A DNA stretch of 64,000 nt from the NCBI GenBank assembly GCA_030704615.1, contig CM060734.1, positions 9,486,001-9,550,000 of the forward strand. Reading direction: 5' to 3'. Made by a program: the position numbers and the translations under genes. Source of the DNA: Takakia lepidozioides (Eukaryota; Plantae; Bryophyta). This document shows positions 13,001-27,237 of the stretch, piece after piece. Positions within the stretch are counted from its first letter, which is position 1; the number at the start of each line of letters is the position of its first letter. The notes below the pieces were generated by a model, which searched no databases, was not told the origin of the DNA, and saw nothing but the letters and a program-made list of their open reading frames with translations.

Positions 13001-16000
13001 TCACTTCGTTAATCTAGCCCCAAGGATTTCTAGCTAGTGGAGATAAACCCACGATCAAGCCCATCAATTCTGAAAAGAGATTGTTACTTGTGAAAATGTC
13101 TCGCTAGTGCTACAAAAGCCATTCCAATCAGTGCATCCACACCAGAAGGTGACTTCACCCTTCGATAACGGATAATCAGGTCGAGGCATTCTTGGGTGTC
13201 CGTTCTTATTTTGCTTATGACAAAATTCTTTCTACAAGTGGTCTATTCCTTTCCCTCTGAACCAGTACGAAGTTTGAACTGCAAAAGCACAGTAGCCAGT
13301 TTGAGAAGCAACAGCTGACTAACAACAGTATTTTCAGCTAGGTCTAGACAGAATCGTATGAGCATCTTTGTGACAGATTTTCGCAATTGGACTGTTCAAT
13401 TCCATGTTCAAACGAAAAGACCCATTTCTCCATCACCACAGTTCAGTGCTACCATTCCTCCATCTTTAAAATGTATGAGCCGTACCATCCGCCCCTAACC
13501 GGAACTCTATAACACCAACCTCGGTTATGGAAGGTAACATCACCCTTTACTCTCAACAACGAGATGGCAATCGCGATCACACTTCGTACTAGGCCAAATT
13601 CCAGGATGTCGTGTATATATTTTACCACTTCAGACGGCTTGATGTACTCCCGGCCGCCACCAATCCGATACGACTTCTTCCAGCATAAATTACTGAAGTT
13701 GACAAGTCTCTGCGAGAAAACAACTCTCCATTTTTTAGACTAGGAAATCCACTGGGTTTCCCGTAAGGAGCTGATGATGTGAAAGGAGGCCACTGGGCAA
13801 CGGAGGATGTTGGGCAGAAATGATAGATCGCCATGTGCCAGGTTGAGGTGGCTAAGTTATTGCATCTCCGGAAGGAGGAGGGGCTTGAAAGTCTGTCTAA
13901 TGCCACGTGGCAACACCAAGGCCTTATCACTAAAGCGAGAGAGAGAGAGAGCCCGTCACAACAGATGGAATTCGAGCACCTGCTGGCTTGCTTCGATTGC
14001 AGGCAGTCGCGATTCTTATCAGCAGGATCAGGATATGAGGTTGGTGGATTGTCGTCAGACCATCTGCAGTGTCGGTTTTTCTCTTGTAGTCAAAATGGCA
14101 TCGTAGAGATTTTGCGTGTTCTTGTTTCTTTGCTACTCTTTGAGGCAACCTTTTCCATCTCCCAATCATCTGCAGACTGCGTGTCTCACTCCCAGCCATT
14201 TGGTTCCCACGCCTGAAGAGAAACCTGAATTCTACCGATTGCAAATCTCCCCAGAATGACACCCAGCAGGCAAGGAGCAACTACTCGAGAATTTCTATGC
14301 ACGACATAGGGGTGCATAACTTCTGCAAGGGTTTCTCAGCACTGTGTGAAAACTGAACGAAGACCTCTGAAAGAAGGAACCCAATGGTCTCCTCCTCTGA
14401 ACTATTGGCATATGGAAGTGGCCAGCTCCCTGCACAGTTTTTCAGTTGAGAATGACGTTCAAGCACAAATAAAATATATTACTGACTTTGGCTCGAGGAA
14501 TGGCCGTGTTATTCACGTAAGCAGATGCCCTATCACCTCAAACCTGTCCACTTTCCTCTAATGCTGTCCTCCACTCGTACTGCCTACATAAGAAAATCAT
14601 ATGTATGTTCAGTACAGTCAAACTACATCAGATTCTTCTGGCATGACCTACTTCTCCAATTGAATACAGAACTGGACCCCTCGGAGGTCATCTGTCCTTG
14701 TCAGTTCATCTCCTTTAGGGGAAAAATGCTCACCCCTCGTTGGTACCACAAAACCCTCAGCTGCACTTAAATCATGTCGTGTTGAACACTTTTTCAAGTT
14801 ATTGATCTCCATGCAACGGCCACCCGGCCAAATGAGCTGGTGTACAAGCACAAAGCTGACTAAATCTCCGAAGAGGGTGTATGACAGCACTCCGTACGTT
14901 TTGGAATTTGAGGTTGGGAGTAATATGGGCCAAAACTGCACTACCCTTCACACTGCAAGTATTGATTTTCAGTGGCAAAGTTAAGAAGGTGCCTTTCCAA
15001 GTGCTCTCTCTAGAGCTCTCTTTGCCACTGTAATGTTTTCCCAATGAAATTCACCTTCATGCTTGCACATAGCATGAGGTCCGTTTCACAATGTTGTCGA
15101 ACATTGTGGTGCTGCTTCTGCACTTGTCATGGTCTGGTGAGGGACTCAACCGCCACAGTCAAACAACCACGGTCATTTGTATTGTGTTCTTGAACATGAA
15201 GAAAGCTGTTGAACTCGATTCAGACAATGCTATTTGACTGGCTCACAAATCCACATCGTTGCGAGTGAATATCGATTCTTCAGCTGTGGGGAGTTCATGG
15301 GCAAAGTTGAAGGCTTTTGCAAGAGCTACCAGAACAAAAAGAAAGGACTTGTTTTAGTTCTGATTATGGCGGTTCATTTGGGGGTTGTCTGTGCACAATG
15401 ATGCTCAAATACTTCACCCTGCTCTTCTCTCGTTGCAGCTTATAGCAGTGTGCAGTCACATCAGCACATCGAAGGAAGCGACAACAAATTTTTTACTGAT
15501 AATACCGACATCAGATCCCAAGCATTTACAGCCTTTTTGTCAGATTTGGTATAGATTAGAAACAGACAGGATTGAATCGATGTTCGGGCTGGTACAATTC
15601 GATGAAACTGGTACTTCAAGACTCAAGTCTGATGCCACATGGATCCGGTGTCTTGTATTCAATTGGGTTGTCGAGAGAGACAACAGGAGAAATTAAGAGA
15701 GTGGACGGCTTACTGTAGAGCTGTTCAAGGTTCTACTTGTGAGGGAGGTACCAGGTGAGGATTCTCACCTTAGAACTCTCATCATTCTCAAACTACAGAC
15801 AATATTTGGGCCCTCTTCCCCAACGAACCAGACGCCCAAGTCCCTACTACAGAGACACGTTTAAGAGTGACAAGCCCTTATGTGTCTCATCTTCCGGCAG
15901 CTCCAGTACCGTGCCATAAGTCACGAACATCCTTTCCATGTTCACGCTATTGTTCTCTATGTACAACATAGCTGGAACAGAAGAGCCCCTAAGCCTGGCA

Positions 16001-17756
16001 ACAGATAGCCGACATGCAGACCTCCCTTCTCTCCACCACATGGAGAAACAGCAAGGATACTAGAAAACTAGCACAACCCCTCGTGTATTTCGGCCACGAG
16101 TTGCATGTTGGGGACACCTGAAAAGGCCATCAGTGTGACCAGCTCAGCCACCCCCCAGACATAGAAAAACAGAGGAGAAAGTCGGTGGCGCCCACCACGA
16201 CTTGGCACGTTTGGCTCATGTGTGGCCATTCCACGATAACTGCCGTTGCGTGCATTATTGCATTGTAGTTGAACAAATTCACACCGACTCCCCCTCGCAT
16301 GTCAGATTCTCTCGAGTCTCTAGTCTCTACCCAAACACGAGGGCACCGAGCCGAGCTAACTTAAGTTCGTCGGATCTTCTCTCTCCATCCATGCGTAAGC
16401 GTCCCCCCCCCCCCACTGACTCAAATCTAAGAGGAGACTACTGATTGGACTGGTCACAGTTTGCTAGTGTCAGGAAAACCGCCAGGAAAAACAGCTGATT
16501 GAGTCCCGGGACAGGGCCACATATTCTCCTGCTAATAAACATGTTTCCCTTTCCCTCTCCCATTCCCACCAAAACATGATGTGATGGAGTGTTGAACCCA
16601 CTCCCGGCTACAAGTGAGCAGGGTGAGTAGTAAAACATGGGCATCTGGAGGGCACCTCGGTGGGAGAATCCACATGATACTCTGGGCTACCGTAGTTAGG
16701 TACAAAGTACAAAGGAGTTAAAAAGCAAGAAAGAAAGTCTCAGTGGCCCAAAGAGCAGGCAGTCCTTGCAATGAATGTTGCTCTATTATTGCTCTGACCC
16801 TTTTATTGCATCAGCAGCTAGTTGGCCCTTGCAAATCTTTGGATTTGCAGAGGGTAATCCACCCACCCACCAGGGATTGAACCCCGGATGGGGTCTGCTC
16901 TGTGATGGGCGTGGGATTAGAGTAAACAATAATGGAGAGTGTGGAGAGGGCATTTTTGGGTTGTGTGTTGGTGTTTTGCAGAGAAAAGAAAGAGTAAAGA
17001 AATCCAGAGCGCAGTCATAATATATTTTTCCATCCAACGGGAGAGGGGCTACATGGTGAGAGGGGGTTGATCATGGGCCTGTGGGTTTCTGACAAGGAGA
17101 GGAGCTCTAGGGCTCGGGGGATCGGAGCGCAGTGAAGCTCTATCGTCTCGGATGGGAGCAGTGGAGGTGGAGACGGAGTTTCTATGGGGAATGCAATGTG
17201 GGTTTTGCTTTGGAGAGCCGGAAAACAGTTGGGTATGGTGGATTTGAGAGGTGTCGGGGCTTGGGAGGTGAGTTGCTGGATGTAGGCCTTCCTCGATGAC
17301 GGAAAGCTTATCGGAGGCCTCTTGCTGGAGCTTGGCTGAACTGGATTTGTCACGTGGAAGGAGACCCGGGGGTTTGGTGGGGTGCTAGATCTGGGCCAGA
17401 GTATTCGGATCTTGGTGCTTCTATCAGAGGGAGTGCAGCATTGTTGATCCTGCAGAGCAAATGCACACATCGTGTTCCTCCGGTTCCAGAATTGCAAGCT
17501 GAGCTTGTCCAGATCTCCACGGGCATATTTGGGGACAAAGCTTCTCCTGACTTTTTTTACTGTAGCTTTGCATCTCTGCACTGGCATTGGCTCTGCAAGA
17601 GAATGCAACGTGACTTGGAGACACGGGGACATCCGGGCTTCGGGGAAGGCATTGTGCATCGGGATTTGCAAACCAGATTCGCTCGATAGTAGTGGCAGTT
17701 CAGATCAGAGCAAACGACTCAGAAGGTCGTTCCACCCGAAGGTGGAGATCTTCGCC

Positions 17757-18680
17757 ATGGGGGCCAAAATGCCGAGTTTTTTCACAGTGGGATTGATCGG
17801 GTCGTGGTACTTTTCAAACATCGGTGTGTTGCTTTTGAACAAGTATTTGCTGAGCAATTATGGATTCAAGTTCCCAATCTTCTTGACCATGTGTCACATG
17901 ACGGCCTGCGCACTCTTTAGCTACATTGCAATTGCCTGGATGAAGATTGTGCCCATGCAGTCAATTCGATCACGAACGCAGTTTATCAAGATTGCAGCGC
18001 TGAGTGTTGTTTTTTGCACATCTGTTGTGAGCGGGAATGTTTCTCTGCGATATTTGCCCGTTTCCTTCAACCAGGCTATTGGTGCTACCACTCCATTTTT
18101 CACAGCTGTGTTTGCTTACGTGATAACTTTTAGAAGGGAAGCCTGGATGGTGTACGCGACCCTTATCCCAGTGGTTACAGGCGTCGTTATTGCCAGTGGG
18201 GGAGAACCGAGCTTCCATCTCTACGGCTTCATCATGTGCATCACGGCAACTGCTGCCCGGGCGCTAAAGTCGGTTCTTCAAGGGATATTACTTTCCTCGG
18301 AAGGGGAAAAGTTGAACTCCATGAACTTGCTTCTGTACATGGCACCAATTGCTGTGGTTGTTCTCTTGCCGGCAACACTCCTGCTGGAGCCTAATGTTCT
18401 GGGCATCACCATTGCACTGGCTCGCAAGGATGTGTTCATAATCTTTATGCTGGCAGTGAATTCGGCCATGGCCTATTTTGTCAATCTCACCAACTTCTTG
18501 GTCACAAAGCATACCAGTGCACTGACCTTGCAGGTGTTGGGGAACGCCAAGGGAGCAGTTGCTGTGGTAGTTTCAATTTTGCTATTCAGGAATCCAGTAT
18601 CCTTGGTTGGTATGCTTGGCTACACTCTTACTGTCTTTGGGGTCATCCTCTACAGTGAGGCTAAACGCCGGTGTAAGTGA
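17757..18680 (+). CDS. Nucleotide-sugar / sugar-phosphate:phosphate translocator (TPT family, At3g11320/UUAT-like), 307 aa, intronless
   Basis: [88 protein letters not shown]. The ATG at 17757 has good context (GCCATGG); the ORF is intact. Confidence 0.95.
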   Translation: MGAKMPSFFTVGLIGSWYFSNIGVLLLNKYLLSNYGFKFPIFLTMCHMTACALFSYIAIAWMKIVPMQSIRSRTQFIKIAALSVVFCTSVVSGNVSLRYLPVSFNQAIGATTPFFTAVFAYVITFRREAWMVYATLIPVVTGVVIASGGEPSFHLYGFIMCITATAARALKSVLQGILLSSEGEKLNSMNLLLYMAPIAVVVLLPATLLLEPNVLGITIALARKDVFIIFMLAVNSAMAYFVNLTNFLVTKHTSALTLQVLGNAKGAVAVVVSILLFRNPVSLVGMLGYTLTVFGVILYSEAKRRCK

Positions 18681-20377
18681 GTCGACCATGGGACAGAGTT
18701 GGGTATCTCTCTCTATAGATCTGGACTCGCTTCCAGGCCCATTGTTACATTCTTTGTACACTTGTTTTGCTGGGATAAGGCAATTTTCACAGTGATTCTT
18801 TGGTCAGATACCTAGATTAAGATGCCAGCAAAAGAGTAGGCTTACCAGTTTAGCAAAAGGTGGAGAGCATCATGAGAGGGCTGGGAAATACATTTATGTC
18901 TAGGGAGGGACCAGTCTTTTCTTTCTTATCCGGCAGACGTTGGCTCCAGCAGAGCATTCATTCATTCATTCTAGGGTTTTTTGGTATGCTGGAACCCAAT
19001 AAGACTTAGAAATGAAATTGGGTCGAGTCATTGTGAGTATTCTAGCTTTCAGTAACAGAGTTGGGTGCTGGCTATGGCAGATGATGGGGCCTCCATCCAG
19101 GCCCATAGCCCGCGAGATTTGTAATAAATATTTTCTTCGGTTAAATCATTCATTCTTTGGAAGCCCTGTAGAATCCACAATCTGAAGCGTCAGCTGTTTT
19201 TATCACATTTGCATTTAGTACTTCTGTGGAGGTCTTTCTCCCTAGGGGGCTGCTGTCCAGTTGGCTCTGGAGCCCACCACAAATGGAGAGTTCCCCCATG
19301 GCAGCTGAGGCCCCTTCATAGAAAAAGCTAAGCTGATATGGAGTGGGTATATGATTTGACTTTTTCTCTCAGGTTGTCACTACCAGGCTGCATATTATAT
19401 AGCACTCCATCCTTCTTTGCAAATATTCTCAAATCTTCTTGTACAGAGAACTTTCCTGTGTGCATCGGAAGTTGTCGTTGAGTATTGCCTACCTTACCAA
19501 GTGTATGACTGTCACTATCTATGGCTTCCATTCCCAAAGTTTCCTTTAAACTTGGTGCAGCTTCAGGAGTGCAATGAGCCGTCTGATACAGGTCAGTGTG
19601 CACATCCAGTGGCAAACAGTGAGTTCTATCCACTTCCCCCCAGTTTTGAGATGTTGTGTATCAGTATGTACAGTTTTGTCCATTCTTGAACAATGTACTA
19701 CCTGATTGCCTGCAATAACTTCGCTGGACTCAAATTAGCATGTAAAAGCATCACTCTCGTGCATCTTCCTTCCAACGCGCTGAGTTTCGAATAAGTTCTG
19801 TAGGCTGATGCAAAGCGTTCATGCTCAACAAAGTCTAGTCGATAGCCCATGTGCACAACGCTAGCAGCTGCCATAGTGAAGGCTTGCTGCAATTGCTATA
19901 CCAGGCCATGAATAATCCTCTATGATGAACTAGGTTAGCACAGGACACAGATTAGGAATCTAGATATCTGATAACCGTGTTTAATCCCTCCAGTAGAGCA
20001 CTCGGAGACAGACAGATGTACTCTGCGGATCTGAAGCGAGAACGTAGAGGCACCTGTTTGTGCAAATTTGCAGGGAAATCAGGACGGATGCACATTGGGC
20101 TCTATTAGGCTTAATCTGGAATCCTCGACCACAGCGGCTTCTGGAAACCAAGTTCTCCGCAGTTTTAAGACGAGGGAGACGAAGCTTGTTAGCTGACGAC
20201 CAGTCACCGCACGGTAACAATTAAGGATAGCAGTGACACGCGGATAGAAGCACTCACTTTCTTGGGTGCTTGCATGCACTCTTTTTCAGAGACTGAGAGA
20301 AAAGAGTTAGGGCGTTCCGTAGACAGCCCACTTTGGAGTGCAAAGAATAGAGAAGAGATCGTCAGACAGACAGGGAA

Positions 20378-20764
20378 ATGTTCTTCTTCTTTTTTGGGGG
20401 TGTGACTCCGGAGCCTAGGAGAATAATAGAGAAGGGAGATGCGATCTGCCCCCGCTGTGACTCTGAGGCCTCTCTGGTTGAGTATGACAATGTTTTCCGG
20501 GCGTTCTTCATCCCTGTGTACAGATGGAGTGGCGAAAATCCAGCAATCTATTGCGAGTCCTGTAAGTTTCTGGTGCCCTTGAAGAATTTCCAGGGTCTGG
20601 AAGAGCGCGCCATCAAGCGCGCTAAACCCCCTCCTACAGAAACAGATGAGAGGGAAAGCAAGGGCTTGAGACCTTCAGCCCCCACGCTTCGATGCTGGTC
20701 TTGCTCGGCACCTGTGGACGTAGGGTTTAAGTTCTGCCCTCGGTGTGGGTCTCCTCTTCACTAG
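20378..20764 (+). CDS. Zinc-ribbon domain protein (zinc_ribbon_15-like), 128 aa, single exon
   Basis: MFFFFFGG..CPRC..FFIPVYRW..CESC, plus a C-terminal CWSC..FKFCPRCG. Matches a conserved small plant family. Confidence 0.88.
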   Translation: MFFFFFGGVTPEPRRIIEKGDAICPRCDSEASLVEYDNVFRAFFIPVYRWSGENPAIYCESCKFLVPLKNFQGLEERAIKRAKPPPTETDERESKGLRPSAPTLRCWSCSAPVDVGFKFCPRCGSPLH

Positions 20765-22047
20765 TTCACTGGAGGTAAGCTAATCCTGCGCCAAGTTCAT
20801 TGTCATCTTTGGGTAACGGGTTGTACAAGCACTGAAGTCTGCTGGAGGTGATCTTGGAGCATCAGACATCAATAGAGTCGCCGAATGCGAGACAAACCAC
20901 TTGATCGGAGACATGCATGGTAGAGACGGCTCAATGGTGACAAGTGGTTCTATTTCTGACCTGCAAGCTACACAAGCGGTTTCATTACAGCGAATCAGCC
21001 AGCGCAACCTTGTAGGATAGTCATGCTGTCACCTGAAAGATTTTTTTTTGTGAGCCTGTGTTTCAATGAGGTGATGTTTGGCTTTGGCAACAATCATTTT
21101 GAAGGCATATGGTCATAAACTGTAAGTAGAATTTGGAGTCAGAGAGTCAGGAATGTGAAGGATGGTAGTTTCTTTGAACTAGTGATATAATCGTTTGCAA
21201 CTCAGACTGAAACCAGGGGCAAACCTTGCAAGATGGGTTGTACTGAAGTTTACCGGGTAGACAGCTAGCGGGATCTTCCTTTGTCCTCTCAGGACAGTTG
21301 ACAGGAGAGAAAGTGTGAATATCATGAAAGTGCAAGTGCCTCAGACAATGAAACGAACAATTTGTGGCTCTGGACGGTGAGCAATGAGAGTGAGGCCCTC
21401 TGAAGCGCTTGTACACTAGTGTAATACATGGCCACAGCCATTGAAATTGTGACTGAGGATTACCTTCCGGAAAAATAGTAGACAAGTAGCAGACCTTCCA
21501 GGAATCACACGAGGCTATATCTCATGCAAGCAAAGAAGTTAATTACAGTCCTGGAGTCCTCGTAGGACACACATGCAGAAACATGTACTGGTAGAAGCCC
21601 ATAAGTCAAGTTTCTTACATTGTTGTCATACCATGCTTCTCTCTTCTCACCCCACGCTCCCATTAGTTCTTCTGAGATTGTGGAAGCAATTGAACATCTA
21701 AAGCAGGTGGTCCTGATGGCATAGTCAACGAGCTTATCAAGCACGGTGGCGATCCCATGATAGAGGCCCTAGTTCTCCACTTTTACCCCTAAGAGCAGGA
21801 GTGTTTTTGGGGGTCCACCTCAAAAATGGGACCCACTGACACCTCCCAGGCCATATCTGCCAGCAAGAGTTCATCCACGGAAATGAACCTTACTAAGTGG
21901 CAATATTCATTTTCTGATTCACTGTCCGGGGTACTTTCAGAAGCTCTCCTCCAATCTATCAAGAGAATTGTGCCCGTACCTTTGTTTACCAACTTTGAAA
22001 GTCTTGAGACTGAGCCAAAAGCCCATGCCCTTCTGAGGCCTAGTTTT

Positions 22048-22088
22048 TGGGCAAATCACATGTTTGTGTGAAGGGATTTCTAGAGGAT
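22048..22088 (+). repeat. Left copy of the direct duplication bounding the 22089-36582 TE mosaic
   Basis: TGGGCAAATCACA-TGTTTGTGTGAAGGGATTTCTAGAGGAT recurs at 36583-36636 with a 13-bp insertion and one substitution. Confidence 0.85.
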
Positions 22089-23580
22089 TGTGAAGGCCCA
22101 TACTTTCCTAACCTAGAAATCTCTTTTTTCATCCAAAACGGCGATACTCATCCATCGTATATTTTTTTTGGCTTTAAGGTACTATTAAACCGTTACAATG
22201 ATATCTCGGCTAGGGTTAGTTTAGGTTGGTGGCCACATCAGATCTAGGGTGATGCAAAGGCGTCGTGGGCTTTGGCTTGTCACGCCCCGCCACGCGGCAA
22301 ACAGCTGGAGCTAGGGCTTTTAGTATAAAGACAGCATCCTGACACAGGTCAGGGGTGGTGTACTCGGGTGTTAGTGTATATGTGAAGTTGGTGTACAAGC
22401 TTTGGATGAGAGCCCCTTTGTGTCATATCCTTGTGTTTGATCCTCTCTCGCGCATTGCCTGCTCTTTCCGCTTCCCCCTTTGTTGTGAAAACTTGTTTCT
22501 TGAGAGGAAGGAGTATATGCTTAAGGCTTGTTTTGTGGTGGAGAGAAGCCAGGTACCGTAGGCGTTGGTGATTCTTGCCCGCACTGTCAGGGTCAGTTAG
22601 GTCTTTTCCGCGGGATCTGCTCTACATCCTGCTGCCTAAGTAGTTCGCTAATGCATGTTATCAATGGCGGCTCCTCGTCTTGCCATATTTTCTCCTGTTG
22701 TTGCGATATTGCCTTCTCACGCTGCGGGTTGGGGTGTGATTGCAGGGGATGGCGGCAGTTCGTGATTTCTCTTGTGTAGCTCGCAGAGAGGGGGAGAGCC
22801 TGTTTCTACATATTAGTGTGGTGCTTACTATTGAAGCTAATCCTATCATAGAGGCCGATCCTGCTGCCACTTCTCATTCTGCTAGTGCTCTTGTTGTTGC
22901 TTCTCTCGTTGTTGAAACCAATCTTGTCGTTTCTCACCCTGCTGATGGTCTTGCTGTTGCTAACACAACTAACAGTGCGCGGCCTGGCAGTGTTGCTTTG
23001 CCAGCGTCGCCACTTCGTGAGCCTACTGCTCGTGTTCCAGCTCCTGTTGTTTCGTTGGGTTCTCTTGATGGTAGTGACTATGCTAATCTAGATGAGGCAG
23101 AGGCGTCGTCGCCAAGGTCTGAAAGGTCTAATAGTTCTCTAGATAGTTGCGATCCGGAGTACTACAACTTTGACAACTTTATTGACCCTGGACCTGAGTA
23201 TTTTGAGAGTAGGCAGCAAGCGGCAGAGTTGGAAAGGGATATTGAGCTATCACAAGAAGTAGATGACATGTTGTGTGAAATCTATGATGAGGATCAGCTT
23301 TGGTTTGAACGCATAGAAAATGCTGTCATAGAAGACCTTGCTGCGTTAACCAATCATCACGAATCCTTGTTTGCAAGACCTTCGCTTGAGCCTAGTGTGG
23401 TGGTGTCTAGAGCCAGACAACTTGCTAAGAAAGAATTTGAATTGCGTTGAACGTTTGCCGTCCAAAGCGATTAAGTCATGCTTCCTGCATCACCGAGAAT
23501 TGACGTGGCAAGTGAAGGTGGAGTGGTGGAGACCGAAAAAAGAAGGTAACCCTTCAGACTTGGACAGGTACAGGGACTAT
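22089..23580 (+). mobile_element. LTR-like 5' segment followed by an acidic, low-complexity ORF (22740-23450), probably a retroelement 5' fragment
   Basis: Starts with TG exactly at the end of the duplication and has a TATA-like TATAAAG. The 236-aa ORF has no recognisable domain. Confidence 0.35.
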
Positions 23581-25429
23581 TGAATTCCGGCACATGTATC
23601 CATTTGAAAAACAAAATTTTCCTCCTCTATATGGCATTTGTTGTTTACGTTGGGGGCTCCTCTTTGTTATTTTTTTCTATCGCACTCAACCTCGAATGTC
23701 CAGTGGACGTTCTCGATCTTTGTTTCGGGTGTGCTGGATTCTGGCATGCTGTACATTCAGTTCAGGTAAAAAAAACCGTGTGGGGTTCTGGCCTAGAAAA
23801 CATACAGTTCGCAAAAACAAAAAAGGCAGGCACGACCACTGGAGTCTTCCGCATCAAATTCGGTCTAAGTGTGTTTTAACAACCGAAAAAAATTAGGCCT
23901 AGACTTCGAGTCATTCTCTGAATGATTGCACTTGATTTTCGCGGAACCAAGTCTCCCAGTGAACCAAGTCTCGCACTGAAGTCTCCCACTAAGAGAACCT
24001 TTACCCAATCATTCTTGTCATAGTTTTAAATGTGCCACTCCTGAAGTTTTATCTGTGAGGTTTTCTTCAATTTCCTCCTCTAACCTCTACTACTTTTCCG
24101 CACCATTTCATTTCATTTCATTTTTCATACTTTTCCTATTTGGCTCTGATTTTCTTCCCTCTCTTCACATGTTTTCTTCCATTTCTCCCATGAACACTAT
24201 GACCTTCCCCCAACGTCATACAACACCAATTCAAATTTTAGCCATATTTTCATTTCTCACACTTTTTATTTCGTGCTCTGATTTTTTATCCTCTCTCATG
24301 TTTTCTTCCATTTTCTCCCATGAGCACTAGGCTCTTTCCGCAGTCGTTATATAACACCATTTCTATCCAAATCTCATTGGGTGTCCTTTCAGCTATTTTT
24401 TTGTTATTTTGGATTTTGGATTGATATACCCTTTCTATAGTTTGCTCTACTGCACTTCTATGATCATATGACAATATTCATAATTTGAACAGCCTTCCCT
24501 GAAGACATAAGACATAACTAGTGTAGCATACTTTTTCTGATTGGTAACAAAGTAATCAATAAAGCCAAACGAGAAAGCCAATCCTCACTTCTAATCCCAC
24601 ACTCCCAAGGTGCTCGTGCAATATTGATTACTCCTCCCTTCAATCCCCATTTATCGTCTTCTTTGGCAATTGAAAGAAAGATCTTCTATTGTATAAGAAA
24701 TCACTGAGTAGCCATCATTCCTTGAGTTCATTGGAACTCAACATACCGTTCGTCCCCAGTATGGTCGCCAAATCTTAACCACTGGTTCGTGATTTAGACG
24801 AAATGGGCTTTTAACAGTGTAGCCCATTTCCCCAAGGCACTATCAGAGGTTGTCTGACGGTATATCTGTAGGACGATTACAGAGTAATCGTCAATGGCCG
24901 TGGAACACTCGTGTTCCGTGAATCAATATCTCTGTTACTGCTTAAGTCCTTGGACTAATCATAATCAGTATCCTACTAATCAGTAATGCTAGGAACTTAG
25001 GCAAAGCTGTATTGCTACAGCTGTGACTAAGTTCTATCTAAGCATACAGCAATGCAGTACACTATGTGCGATTGCAGACAAGATCTATTCGAAGATGATA
25101 CACATTCTCACCATCTCACGTTCTCTCATAACACACGTTCCCTCCATCTCACAGTCACTCTACACATAAGTACTCAGAAAAAACATTGCTTTACTTCAGA
25201 GTCACCACATCATAACATAAGTACACATTGGATCGCTCTGATCACACACTGATACCCCAATCCTTCCTAAGTTGCGTGCAGTCCTTTTATATTATGCTCG
25301 AAAGAGCCGTTTATAGCCTACGGTCGTTAATGACCGTTGTCTAACTGCCTACGCAACCTAAAAGGTTTGCCAAAAAAGTGGCCCGTGGTAGTGGCTCGTG
25401 GTCGTGTGCCTTAGTGGTACATGGCCCAC

Positions 25430-25835
25430 ATGGACGACCTACCCCTCATCTCAACACTATCTCCCACACAGTCACTCACCCTGATAACCAACAATGTCAT
25501 ATCCTCATTGCAGGCGACTTCAACAGAGACATTGCACTATTAGGCCACTCCTACAATGGAGCCCACAAACCCCCATCTTCAGTAGACCTAGAATGGGCCC
25601 GATTTACCCAGCTCCTCCAATTCAAGTACATTCCCGCAGACTACCCCTACTCCAGACAAGGACGTCTTAACTACTCCTCCTTAAGTCTAATTGACGGTTT
25701 CTATCTCAAAACATGTAATGAAATCCCGTCGTACCTACTCAGCCATGTCCACATCAATAGCCTATGCAACTCGGACCACTACCCGATCTCAGTTCACTTC
25801 CCCCCGTCCCTTATCCCATTCCAGCCCGTCCCACA
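25430..25835 (+). pseudogene. LINE APE endonuclease C-terminal fragment (diverged sibling of the 30-36.6 kb element)
   Basis: HILIAGDFNRDI..YSRQGRLNYSSLSLIDGFYL..NSDHYPISV, clearly homologous to 36045-36521 (-). Confidence 0.9.
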
Positions 25836-26926
25836 TGAGAGCGTCTGCATAAACGATGCGGTTCTCTCCTTTGCACCTCTCCACGGAAACCCGTCTGGTC
25901 TTTTGATAGTCTGACTGGAGTGCATGAAGTTATAGAGCATGTCATCCATATGCGGTTCAAAAGGGGGGTTGATGAAACACCCCTGGTCGGAAATTTCAAA
26001 GCTGCGGACGGAGGATGGTGTTTTTGAGGTGCGAATCCTCCTCAGGTAGATTGCCTCAAACAACCTCGTCTTGCAAAGATGCAAGGTAGGGGTGAGACAT
26101 GGAAATATTGGAGGAAGTCTGGCGCAGGAAGGAACAAAACATGGACTGCAAATGAAAACTACAATGGAATGTATTTGTGATGATCGGTGCCGATCATCAC
26201 AGATGGTGGTAGAGTAAACCAGCAGAAATAAGGAGAAGACATTGGGAAACAGTACTGAGGAGGGCGGTGCCATACCAGCTGTCCAAGGCAACCACCTTTC
26301 AGAAGGTAGAGGATGTTCACACAATTCCATGTCCTCAGAACGTTAAACCCAGACGACTTCAGGTATGATGTCAGTCCCCGACGACTATCTTTGTCACATG
26401 ACTGGAAGAGCAAAAGTGTTCCTGCATCTGAAAAGAAATTATTACAGAACCCGAATACCCAACTCCAGTAGTTCTCATCGAATCTGTTCCGGGTGGAGTC
26501 TTTCCTTTTGGAGGAACGTCGGGGACAGGCTGGCCGTCGGGGATGTCAAGGATGACCATGTCAGCGGCAAAGGTTTTTTGAACACCGCATACGAATGAGG
26601 GACCAGTGCTCACCTGCAGCATACATGTCCAATTAAAAAACAAAGGAAAATGAGGGTCCCAACAGAAACCAACATCTACATTGGCATTGACAATTTCAAA
26701 TGTCCCAATTGAAGAGGAAGATTCCTACCAGATTAAGAAAAGAAATCATGTTATCCCAAGTCGGTGATGGCACCCCCGAGTACCCTTTTCTCCGAGTCTC
26801 CATCATCGCCAGCCATCCCTCATTGACAATCTTGATCTGCCCTGCCAAGTCCGTAGGAAAAGTACAACATATTACCCACAGGGTAATGGACAGGCAGAGG
26901 CTACCAACAAAATACTATGTACTATC

Positions 26927-27237
26927 TTGGCTAAGATAGTCAATGCAAACAGAACGGATTGGGATACAAAGCTGCTGACAGCTTTGTGGTCATACAGGAC
27001 TTCATATAAAGTCACCACTAAGTATACACCATTCCAATTAGTTTATGGTATGGAAACTTTACTTCAAGTGAAATTCCTGTTACCTACCATGAGAACGGAA
27101 TGGGGAAAGAGAATGGAATTGCAAGATTCAATTAAGGTCAGGAAACATGAATTATACCATGTGGAAGAAGTACGTGCTGATGCAGCTGATAACATGACCA
27201 GAATTCAGATGAAAAGAAAGGAACAGTTTGATGATAG
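26927..27237 (+). pseudogene. Ty3/gypsy (Tat/Athila-like) integrase C-terminal fragment
   Basis: KIVNANRTDWDTKLLTALWSYRTSYKVTTKYTPFQLVYG..KRKEQFD. Confidence 0.85.

Noticed and set aside
13600-16700. Short ORFs and possible exons between the GST-like gene and the translocator
   Set aside because: No consistent frame or domain identified.
17015-17756. 218-aa minus ORF and the 95-aa N-terminal extension of the translocator ORF
   Set aside because: No family similarity; homology starts at ATG 17757. This is probably 5' UTR/promoter sequence and its antisense.
19328-19633. 101-aa minus ORF between the two intact genes
   Set aside because: No motif or clear splice partners; may be a chance ORF.
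24520-25420. Possible minus-strand PBS/LTR remnant (GCTCTGATCACA, CTGATACC near 25235-25256)
   Set aside because: The PBS match is imperfect and no LTR boundary or partner could be defined.
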